This document shows positions 50,286 to 57,506 of a stretch of DNA of 64,000 nucleotides, piece by piece. The notes beneath the pieces are model-generated. The model did not search any database, had not been told where the DNA came from, and saw nothing but the letters and a program-made list of their open reading frames with translations. Both the position numbers and the translations under genes were made by a program. The stretch is from an uncultured Pelagibacteraceae bacterium (lineage in GTDB: Bacteria; Pseudomonadota; Alphaproteobacteria; Pelagibacterales; AG-422-B15), in assembly GCA_902525595.1 (NCBI GenBank), contig CABZHO010000002.1:24395-88394 (forward strand), written 5' to 3'. Numbering within the stretch: the first letter of the stretch is position 1; every line of letters begins with the position of its first letter.

Positions 50286-52322
50286 CTACTGACTTAAAAA
50301 ATCAATAACTTCTTCTCTTTTTTCTCTTCTTGCTTCATCAAGAGGCGTTGCACCCCATCGATCACGAACATTGAGAGGATGACCATGTGAAACTAAATAC
50401 TTAACTGCTTGCAAACTTCCCTCAGCAGCCGCAAGGTGTAAGGACGTTCGAGAGTCGTAATCTCCAGCATGAACAGGAACTCCTTTAGCAACCAATTGTC
50501 TTAAACCATTAACATCATTTTCAGCTGCAGCAAAAAGCAATTCGATTACCATTAATTCATTATCAAAGGATACCATTTCATCAGTTATTCCATCTGGCTC
50601 TGCTACCAAATGAATAGGCTCTGTATACTCAATGTCTAATTTGTTAAATTCGTCAATAATTTCTTGATGATCATTATTTCTTGCGTCAGAAATTGGATAG
50701 CCTCCCCATCGATCAGGAATTGGTTTTACTCCGTGGCTTAATAAAAACTTAACTACTTCTAATTGTCCCTCTGCAGAAGCTAAATGAAGAGGTGTTCTAA
50801 TATCATAATCACCAGCTTCTAAATCTCTTTGCTGACTTACAAGACGTTCAAGGGTTCTAACATCGCCATTACTGGCAGCCCAGATTGCTTCTCCACAACT
50901 ATTAGCTCGCCATCTTGCAATTGGAAGTTTGGGATCAATTCTGTCAGTATCAGTCATAGTTCCATCGAAAGCATGCACCAGATATTTTTGAGTAATTTTT
51001 CTTGCAACATCAATACCACGCACACTATTGCCAACTAAATCCAGTCTAGGAGAAAAAATACAGATCCCCATTAGCTGCGGTACTATAAGAAGTATTCCCC
51101 CACCGACACCACTTTTTGATGGCAAGCCAATTTCTTGAAAGAACTGACCGCTGCTATTATACATTCCTGCTGTTTGGACAACGGGAAGTACGTTACGAAC
51201 AGTTTTTTGGCTCATAACTCGATCTTGAGTAATTGGACAGACGCCACCATTGGCTAATGTTGCTGCGGCCATCGCAACATCTTTTCCTGTCATTTCTAAT
51301 GAGCAAATACTAAAGTAAACTTTCAAAGCATTTGTGACTGCAGGTTCTACGTAAAAATCATATTCATATTGACTGTCTTCATGAATATCATCGGGCAATA
51401 AAGACTCTGAGTAGGGAATATTACCTGTGGCCATTAGCAAGAAACCTGTTGCTATATTATTGTAGCCTTTGAAATTTTCTTGGCGAGCCATTGTCTTATT
51501 AAATCTAGGCAAGTTAACACCAGAAGTTTCGTCTTTATTCCAACCAATTATTCTTCCGAATTGCTCTCTTATGTACTGGAGCCGATCATTTGTTGAGTCT
51601 TTTGGGTTAATTAAACCAGTAGTCATTATTGCTCCTGCGTTTACCATTGGATTAAAGGGAACTTTGTTATTAGGTGACAAGCTACTACCTCCCATACCTT
51701 TTACCATAAGTGTGAGGTCATCAAACTGCCGACCAGAAGGTTCCACTCCCACATGTCGATTAACTTTTTCTAATCCAAGATTTTCAATTGCAAATGAATA
51801 ATTAAAAGGTTTACACATTGACTGAATTGAAAAATCTACATTCGTATCACCTCGTTGATAAATTTGTCCATCAGTAGTAACAACAGCAATTCCAAATTGT
51901 TCTGGATCCACTTCTGCGAGCGGTGGTATATAACGAGCTAAGTCACCTGATCTATTTGGAAGAACTTCATCATATATTTTATCCAAGTTTCGTGAAAAGT
52001 CCCTGAAGTCTGGCACTGCAAGCTCTCCTCGAAGAGCTTTTTCAGCAAGCAATCCACCTGTTCTTGTGAATGACATAAATTCTTCAAAATCTATTTGCTC
52101 ACCATGCTTTTCTAATTTCTCAAAGAGGCTTTTTAGACGATAGTCCAGAGAACTTAATCCTGCATCAAATAAAGCTTGTTTAAATTGAGTTTTATTAATT
52201 GTGTCTTGGCCATTTTCACACAATGAATAAAATAAGTTTGCCTCTCTTGGTGGACCTTGCGCTTTAAGCCTATCCAATTGGGAAACTGACTTTTCTTTTT
52301 TTATTTGTTCTACGTCACCCAT
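50286..52322 (-). CDS. Glutaminase with eukaryotic GLS-type architecture (EF-hand-like N-domain, glutaminase core, two ankyrin modules)
   Basis: 678 aa. Catalytic SxxK (QSMCKP), NPMVNAGAI, TLANGGVCPIT and GLPSKSGVGGGI. C-terminal DYD.RT.LHLA.AEG...VK.L...DRWG..P.DEA occurs twice. Confidence 0.85.
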   Translation of the reverse strand: MGDVEQIKKEKSVSQLDRLKAQGPPREANLFYSLCENGQDTINKTQFKQALFDAGLSSLDYRLKSLFEKLEKHGEQIDFEEFMSFTRTGGLLAEKALRGELAVPDFRDFSRNLDKIYDEVLPNRSGDLARYIPPLAEVDPEQFGIAVVTTDGQIYQRGDTNVDFSIQSMCKPFNYSFAIENLGLEKVNRHVGVEPSGRQFDDLTLMVKGMGGSSLSPNNKVPFNPMVNAGAIMTTGLINPKDSTNDRLQYIREQFGRIIGWNKDETSGVNLPRFNKTMARQENFKGYNNIATGFLLMATGNIPYSESLLPDDIHEDSQYEYDFYVEPAVTNALKVYFSICSLEMTGKDVAMAAATLANGGVCPITQDRVMSQKTVRNVLPVVQTAGMYNSSGQFFQEIGLPSKSGVGGGILLIVPQLMGICIFSPRLDLVGNSVRGIDVARKITQKYLVHAFDGTMTDTDRIDPKLPIARWRANSCGEAIWAASNGDVRTLERLVSQQRDLEAGDYDIRTPLHLASAEGQLEVVKFLLSHGVKPIPDRWGGYPISDARNNDHQEIIDEFNKLDIEYTEPIHLVAEPDGITDEMVSFDNELMVIELLFAAAENDVNGLRQLVAKGVPVHAGDYDSRTSLHLAAAEGSLQAVKYLVSHGHPLNVRDRWGATPLDEARREKREEVIDFLSQ

Positions 52323-52414
52323 AAATTCTTTGTTAAATAGTAAAAAATTATTAAATTTTTGTAGATTATTAGAACAAATATACGAAATATTTCAAGTATA
52401 TTCAAAAGGTTGAA

Positions 52415-52579
52415 CTAAAGACTGCCAGTTATCAGACCAATCATTCCAAGCAAGAGCCATAGGACCAGCATAGTACGCTCATTAAATCTACGCTTACTCT
52501 CAATTTTTTTTGTTTGCTTATAGATTACAGAGGATAACAGCAAGACAAGGATAATTAAGTACGCAATTGTAAACGCCAT
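52415..52579 (-). CDS. Hypothetical 54-aa two-TM protein (below the ORF-track cutoff)
   Basis: ATG...TAG ORF, MAFTIAYLIILVLLLSSVIYKQTKK...MLVLWLLLGMIGLITGSL. Two hydrophobic helices separated by a basic loop. No homology can be assessed. Confidence 0.3.
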   Translation of the reverse strand: MAFTIAYLIILVLLLSSVIYKQTKKIESKRRFNERTMLVLWLLLGMIGLITGSL

Positions 52580-52625
52580 ACAAATCATTCTAACAATTAA
52601 GGTGTGATTGTATATACTTATCCAA

Positions 52626-53825
52626 ATGAAAATGTTTAGACATTCCTCTACAGTATTAGTTATAGTTGGTGGCTGTATATTGCTGCTGGTTTCATTTGGT
52701 ATACGTCATTCCTCGGGCCTTTATCTCATTCCAATTTCAGAACACATTCAGACAGGTAGAGAGGTATTTGGATTTGCAATCGCTATTCAGTTTTTAATGA
52801 TAGGAATTGGATCGCCAATATTTGGAGCAATCGCAGACAAATATGGCTCATCAGTCGCCGGATTGTATGGAGTTATTTTCTTTCTGATTGGTCTATACAT
52901 GATGTCTCTTGTTGATGGAACTTTTTTATTAATTCTATCTCAAATTATTTTTGGCTTTGGTTGCGCAGGGTGCGGTACTGCAGTTATTTTGGGAGCAGTC
53001 GGTAAAGCAGTAACGGGTAAAAATCAAACCCTTGCACTTGGAGTGGTCATGGCTGCTGGCTCACTTGGACAGTTTTTAATTGTTCCATTAGCAGGAATAA
53101 TGATTGAATTGAGTGATTGGCAGAGATCAATTACTTATTTGTGTTTCATTTCACTAATTATGATTTTGTTTGCGGTCACCTTAACAACTAAATCATTTAA
53201 ATCAGGAAATGACGATAAAACTGCCCAATCGCTGTCCTCTGTTCTCAACGAAGCTTTTATAAATAAAAGTTACGTTCTTTTAACAGCTGGCTTTTTTGTT
53301 TGTGGTTTTCATGTTTCTTTTGTTGCCACACACCTACCAGCTTATCTTGACGATTTATCATTACCTCTATGGATTGGATCATGGTCATTGGCCCTGATTG
53401 GGTTATTTAATGTTTTTGGAACATTATACTTTGGCTATTTAGGTGATACTAAATCAAAGAAAAATTTGTTAGTTATTCTTTATTCATTAAGAGCACTACT
53501 TTTCTTAATTTTTATTTTCTTACCTAAAACTGAAGTTACTGTCCTTATTTTTGCTGCGCTACTAGGCATTCTTTGGCTTTCAACAGTACCTCTCACAAGT
53601 GGTATAATTTCCGTTATTTTTGGCTCTAAGTATATGTCTATGCTTTATGGATTTGCCTTTTTATCTCACCAAGTAGGGTCTTTTATGGGGTCATGGTTTG
53701 GAGGCCGACTTTATGATTTTTATGGGTCGTATGAAGTAATGTGGTGGGCATGCGTGTTCTTAGGATTTGCTTCTGCTGTCATGCATTTCCCAATAAATGA
53801 GAAACCAATAGCTAAAAAAATTTAA
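52626..53825 (+). CDS. MFS transporter
   Basis: About 12 TM helices. I prefer the ATG at 52626 (MKMFRH) to the TTG at 52608. Confidence 0.75.
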   Translation: MKMFRHSSTVLVIVGGCILLLVSFGIRHSSGLYLIPISEHIQTGREVFGFAIAIQFLMIGIGSPIFGAIADKYGSSVAGLYGVIFFLIGLYMMSLVDGTFLLILSQIIFGFGCAGCGTAVILGAVGKAVTGKNQTLALGVVMAAGSLGQFLIVPLAGIMIELSDWQRSITYLCFISLIMILFAVTLTTKSFKSGNDDKTAQSLSSVLNEAFINKSYVLLTAGFFVCGFHVSFVATHLPAYLDDLSLPLWIGSWSLALIGLFNVFGTLYFGYLGDTKSKKNLLVILYSLRALLFLIFIFLPKTEVTVLIFAALLGILWLSTVPLTSGIISVIFGSKYMSMLYGFAFLSHQVGSFMGSWFGGRLYDFYGSYEVMWWACVFLGFASAVMHFPINEKPIAKKI

Positions 53826-53865
53826 AGAACACTACTTATTATTTGAAAATACATTCAAAAATTAA

Positions 53866-53882
53866 TTATCCACTTATCCACA
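53866..53882 (+). promoter_or_regulatory. Two tandem DnaA-box-like motifs
   Basis: TTATCCACT (53866-53874) and TTATCCACA (53874-53882), compared with the consensus TTATNCACA. A nearly pure A/T stretch follows. Confidence 0.35.
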
Positions 53883-53946
53883 AAACAGTCTTATTTTTTT
53901 TATTAAAATAAATTTATTTTTTAGAATTATTTGATTAATATTTATG

Positions 53947-54057
53947 TATCGGACAAGCGAAGTTCCAAAGCCTTTCGGGGAGTTTGTACGGAGTAAAGCC
54001 GAGATTGCGGGGCGCGATAGAAACCTTTCGGGGAATTTGTGGCGCCCCGTTTTTTTT
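53947..54057 (+). ncRNA. Structured GC-rich 5' leader of the LysE-family gene (candidate riboswitch/attenuator, class unassigned)
   Basis: 57% GC (hand count, 53950-54049) against 15% for the preceding 100 nt. Contains a 20/21-nt direct repeat, the hairpin CGG[AGUAAAG]CCG, alternative pairings and a terminal intrinsic terminator. Confidence 0.5.
54008..54057 (+). terminator. Intrinsic terminator (expression platform) 35 nt upstream of the LysE-family start codon
   Basis: 8-bp G/C stem CGGGGCGC (54008-54015) / GCGCCCCG (54042-54049) with a 26-nt loop, followed by T8 (54050-54057). Confidence 0.75.
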
Positions 54058-54092
54058 GTTTTCCCCATAACTTAAATCTATTAAACAAAGTC

Positions 54093-54719
54093 ATGCTTTT
54101 TGATTTTACGTTACTATATCTATTTATACCTGTTTTTTTTGTTATCTCGATCACTCCTGGATTATGCATGACACTCGCTCTTACCATGGGTATTACGATT
54201 GGTGTCCGTAATACGATGAAAATGATGGTTGGAGAATTAGCTGGTGTCTTGATTGTTGCGGGAACAGCCGTTGTTGGAGGTGGAGCTATCATCAACTCAT
54301 TTCCAACAGCTTTTATCATATTTAAATATGGAGGAGGTTTATATTTGATGTATGTTGGCTATCAAATGATAAATTCTAAAGGAGCACTTGCACTGAATTT
54401 AGATGGCAGTCATTCATTTGAAATTAATTTTTTAAAGCTAGCCATGCAAGGGTTTATCACTGCTGTCGCCAATCCTAAAGGTTGGGCTTTTTTTATAGCA
54501 ATGGTTCCTGCCTTCATCAATTACGAATCTAATCTTGCTCCACAAATGTTTGCACTTGTGGTTATTATTTTAATAATTGAATTTATCTCTCTCATGATTT
54601 ATGCAACAGGGGGACAGGCTCTTGGTATTATTTTGAGAAAACAAAATAACATTCGATTAATTAATCGTATAGCTGGCCTGTTGATGGTTGGTGTTGGTAT
54701 TTGGCTTGCTTTGAGTTAA
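54093..54719 (+). CDS. LysE/RhtB-family amino-acid exporter
   Basis: 208 aa with six TM helices and the N-terminal ITPGLCM (TPGP-like) motif. The ATG at 54093 fits the family N-terminus; the GTG at 54039 lies inside the terminator. Confidence 0.8.
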   Translation: MLFDFTLLYLFIPVFFVISITPGLCMTLALTMGITIGVRNTMKMMVGELAGVLIVAGTAVVGGGAIINSFPTAFIIFKYGGGLYLMYVGYQMINSKGALALNLDGSHSFEINFLKLAMQGFITAVANPKGWAFFIAMVPAFINYESNLAPQMFALVVIILIIEFISLMIYATGGQALGIILRKQNNIRLINRIAGLLMVGVGIWLALS

Positions 54720-55441
54720 TTATTTTGAAATAGCAAACCTGGTCCTTGTTTAGTAATATTTAGTGGTTTTAGCATATGCCAAATTAGAGCTTGGTTTGAC
54801 GATATCACAGGTTTTTGTAAGATTTTTTCTGCTTTATCTATAATATTAAATGTTTTTAAATTTGTGCATGAAATAAAAATGGCATCGACATCATTTCGTC
54901 CAATGTCGATAATGGCCCTCAAACTGTCTTCTTCAGCGATTCTCGCAACTACTGTGTCGTCGGTCTCGTTGAAAGAAACTTGATCTTTAATTTTAAAACC
55001 ATCTTGGTGAAGATTTAGTCTCATAGCTTCAGTGACAGATTTTTCATAGGGAGAGACAAACGCAACATTGTGACAGTTAAGATTTATAAGAGCTTCCTTT
55101 GTTGCTTTAATTGGATCAGTAACTAATCTGGATTCCTGTTTACTTTTGATGAGTGTTTCAACTTGAGATGATCCAATTATAGTCGCACCAGAAGTGCATG
55201 CGTATCCAATACTGTCATACTTAATTTTAGGAAGAAGTTCAGAAGCTGTTGGTAAATCAATCTGCATTTGTGAGAGATTTTCGCTAGACACTATCTTATC
55301 GCATGGAATTCTAGAGTGATTGATTGATATATTTGATGGAAGAGTAGCTCTAATCTCTTGTTCTATGGTTTCGTCAGATTGAAGAATTATTAGTCCAAGT
55401 CGTGCATAATAATAATTTTCGTTATCTAGAACGAACTTCAT
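54716..55441 (-). CDS. Asp/Glu/hydantoin-racemase superfamily protein, maleate-isomerase-like (two catalytic Cys)
   Basis: 241 aa. YACTSG (Cys82) and ISCTNL (Cys192) sit at the positions of the catalytic cysteine pair. Confidence 0.7.
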   Translation of the reverse strand: MKFVLDNENYYYARLGLIILQSDETIEQEIRATLPSNISINHSRIPCDKIVSSENLSQMQIDLPTASELLPKIKYDSIGYACTSGATIIGSSQVETLIKSKQESRLVTDPIKATKEALINLNCHNVAFVSPYEKSVTEAMRLNLHQDGFKIKDQVSFNETDDTVVARIAEEDSLRAIIDIGRNDVDAIFISCTNLKTFNIIDKAEKILQKPVISSNQALIWHMLKPLNITKQGPGLLFQNN

Positions 55442-56961
55442 ATTTCTTGTCTTAACTCTTGAGCTTTTAATATTACTTTCCTTGTTTCTGATGGGTCAAT
55501 TACTGCGTCTATCTCAAGATGTGCAGCTGCTTCGATTGCCTTTCCTTTTTCATACAATTTATCTACAAGTGATTGATATAATTCTTCTTTCTGTTTTTCG
55601 TCAGTTATTTGCTCAAGTTCTTTTTTGAACCCTAATTTTACAGCACCTTCTAAGCCCATTGCACCAAATTCCCCAGTTGGCCATGACGCTGTATAAATGG
55701 GTTCATGCAAACTTCCTCCAACCATTGCTTGCGCACCTAACCCGTAACCTTTACGCAAAAAAATTGCTGTTAACGGAACTTTTAACTGAGACCCAATGAG
55801 AAATAAATTTGACATTCTTCTCACAGCACCTTCTGCCTCGCTATCTGGTCCAACCATAAATCCAGGAGTATCTACTAATGCCACAATAGGTAGATTGAAT
55901 TTACTACATAAATCAAAAAAGTATGATGCTTTATCTGCGGACTCGGAATCTATTGCTCCTCCAAGGTATTGGCTGTCATTGGCAATTAGTCCAAACGGTT
56001 TTCCCTCAATTCTTATAAAGCCTGTAATAATTCCTCGACCATATTCTTTTTTTAATTCTATATACTGGCCAATGTCAGAAATAATATTGATTATATCACG
56101 TACCGGGTAGGACCATCGTCTGTCCTTAGGCATAATATTTATCAGTTGGGATTGGTCTAAGACTTTCCATTCACTTTCGTTACCTTGAAAATAAGAAAGT
56201 ATTTTTTTTGCCATTTTGGTTGCTTCCTTTTCATCTTCAGCAATGACATCAATGACTCCATTTTTTTCCTGAATATTTGAGGGGCCAATTTCTTTTGGAC
56301 TAAATTTGCCAAGCCCTCCACCCTCAATCATCGCAGGACCCGCCATTCCGATCCATGAATTTTTTGTTGCAATTCTAATATCTGCTGATCCAAATAATGC
56401 AGCGTTCCCAGCAAAGCAAAAACCATTATTAACAGCAATTCGTAAACACTTACCTGAAAGACCCGCCCAATTCGCAAATGAAGGTACGTGTAATCCCGCA
56501 ACTGATGTCGTGACATCAGTATCGCCTGGTCTTCCTCCGCCGCCTTCAGTAAATATGACAATCGGAAGTCCATACTCACGTACTTTTTCACAAAGCCGGT
56601 CGAGTTTCATATGATGAAAGTAACCTTGTGTCCCTGCTAATACTGAATAATCATAAATAATACATGCAGCGTTAGCTTTTTTGTCTCCAACAATATCGCT
56701 ATTAATTTTGCAAAATCCAGTGATGATACCATCCGCAGCAGTATCTATTTGAAGGTCTTCATATTTTTTTCTACTTCTTTGTGCGGCAACTGCGAAAGCC
56801 CCGTATTCAAGAAATGACTGATCATCAACTAGATCACTTAAATTTTCCCGTGCAGATCTGAGACCTAATTGATGCCTTTTTTTTACTGCTTTATCCCGGC
56901 CTTCGTCGGTGGTTTTTTTTAGTCTATCAAGGAACTGTTCAAAAATTAAATTTTCACTCAT
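55438..56961 (-). CDS. Acyl-CoA carboxylase carboxyltransferase (beta) subunit family protein
   Basis: 507 aa with a duplicated crotonase-like CT domain (TEGGGGRPGD, VDTPGFMVGP). Confidence 0.85.
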   Translation of the reverse strand: MSENLIFEQFLDRLKKTTDEGRDKAVKKRHQLGLRSARENLSDLVDDQSFLEYGAFAVAAQRSRKKYEDLQIDTAADGIITGFCKINSDIVGDKKANAACIIYDYSVLAGTQGYFHHMKLDRLCEKVREYGLPIVIFTEGGGGRPGDTDVTTSVAGLHVPSFANWAGLSGKCLRIAVNNGFCFAGNAALFGSADIRIATKNSWIGMAGPAMIEGGGLGKFSPKEIGPSNIQEKNGVIDVIAEDEKEATKMAKKILSYFQGNESEWKVLDQSQLINIMPKDRRWSYPVRDIINIISDIGQYIELKKEYGRGIITGFIRIEGKPFGLIANDSQYLGGAIDSESADKASYFFDLCSKFNLPIVALVDTPGFMVGPDSEAEGAVRRMSNLFLIGSQLKVPLTAIFLRKGYGLGAQAMVGGSLHEPIYTASWPTGEFGAMGLEGAVKLGFKKELEQITDEKQKEELYQSLVDKLYEKGKAIEAAAHLEIDAVIDPSETRKVILKAQELRQEI

Positions 56962-56962
56962 T

Positions 56963-57490
56963 TTATAGCATGCGTTTTAGAATGGGATCTTTTTGGAATA
57001 TATGATGATACACAACTGCACCTAAATGAATAGTGAAAATAATTAAAAGAAAATATGCGGACAAGGCATGCATGACATGAAACTGATCAGCAAGATCGTA
57101 ATTAAAATAATCGATAGATTTTTGAAAAAAAATAAAGTTTACTTCTTCCCCAGAAAGTAAAAGTTTAAGAATACCACTGACAGTAATCGCTAATAACGTT
57201 ATATAAAAAAGCCAATGAGTTGCTTTGCCGGCAATGATCTGAAATTTGGATATACTGCTGCTTGATGGTTGCACATTATATGTTTTCCAAAGCAAACGTA
57301 ATAATGTGATGTAAAATATGCTTAAACCAATAATTATATGAATATTTTCTACAGTTAATTTAAATTCAGAAAATTCTAGATTATCTAAATACATCCCCAG
57401 AGGTAATTGGATAAGTAATATTAAGAATGTAAACCAGTGCAAAATGCGAGCAATCAAGCCATAAGCTGTATTGTCATTTTTTAGTTTCAT
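56963..57490 (-). CDS. Cytochrome b561 family protein (CybB-like)
   Basis: 175 aa with four TM helices. Conserved His in helices 1, 2 and 4 (ILHW, HIIIG, HLGAVVYHH). Confidence 0.75.
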   Translation of the reverse strand: MKLKNDNTAYGLIARILHWFTFLILLIQLPLGMYLDNLEFSEFKLTVENIHIIIGLSIFYITLLRLLWKTYNVQPSSSSISKFQIIAGKATHWLFYITLLAITVSGILKLLLSGEEVNFIFFQKSIDYFNYDLADQFHVMHALSAYFLLIIFTIHLGAVVYHHIFQKDPILKRML

Positions 57491-57506
57491 ATTATATAAT
57501 TAACCA

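Noticed and set aside
49521-52625. I looked for a direct repeat of the tRNA-Ser 3' end (att-like site) and for an integrase flanking the methyltransferase/glutaminase segment.
   Set aside because: Neither was seen, so this is not a classical integrative island. The islet idea rests only on composition and content.
53989-54004. The hairpin CGG[AGUAAAG]CCG followed by AGA resembles, from memory, the P3 hairpin (CGGG[AUAAAAG]CCCG GGAGA) of ykkC/guanidine-I-family riboswitches, and GAAGUUCC faintly recalls GGGUUCCG.
   Set aside because: The element is roughly half the length of a ykkC aptamer, and I cannot find the GGUCCGAGAG block or the other conserved helices. The resemblance comes from memory and has not been tested with a covariance model, so no class is assigned.
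53944-54075. A 43-codon ORF (MYRTSEVPKPFGEFVRSKAEIAGRDRNLSGNLWRPVFFVFPIT) spans the whole structured leader and could be an Arg-rich leader peptide for attenuation.
   Set aside because: There is no SD sequence. It is rich in GC-rich codons (CGG, CGC, GGG, GCG, CCC) that look atypical beside the AT-rich codons of neighbouring genes. Starvation-type leader-peptide logic also does not fit an exporter. RNA structure explains the composition better. I keep it only as an alternative hypothesis.
54039-54092. ORF-track start (GTG 54039) would extend the LysE-family protein by 18 aa.
   Set aside because: The extension lies inside the terminator stem and U-tract and encodes MAPRFFCFPHN.... The family-typical N-terminus begins at the ATG at 54093.
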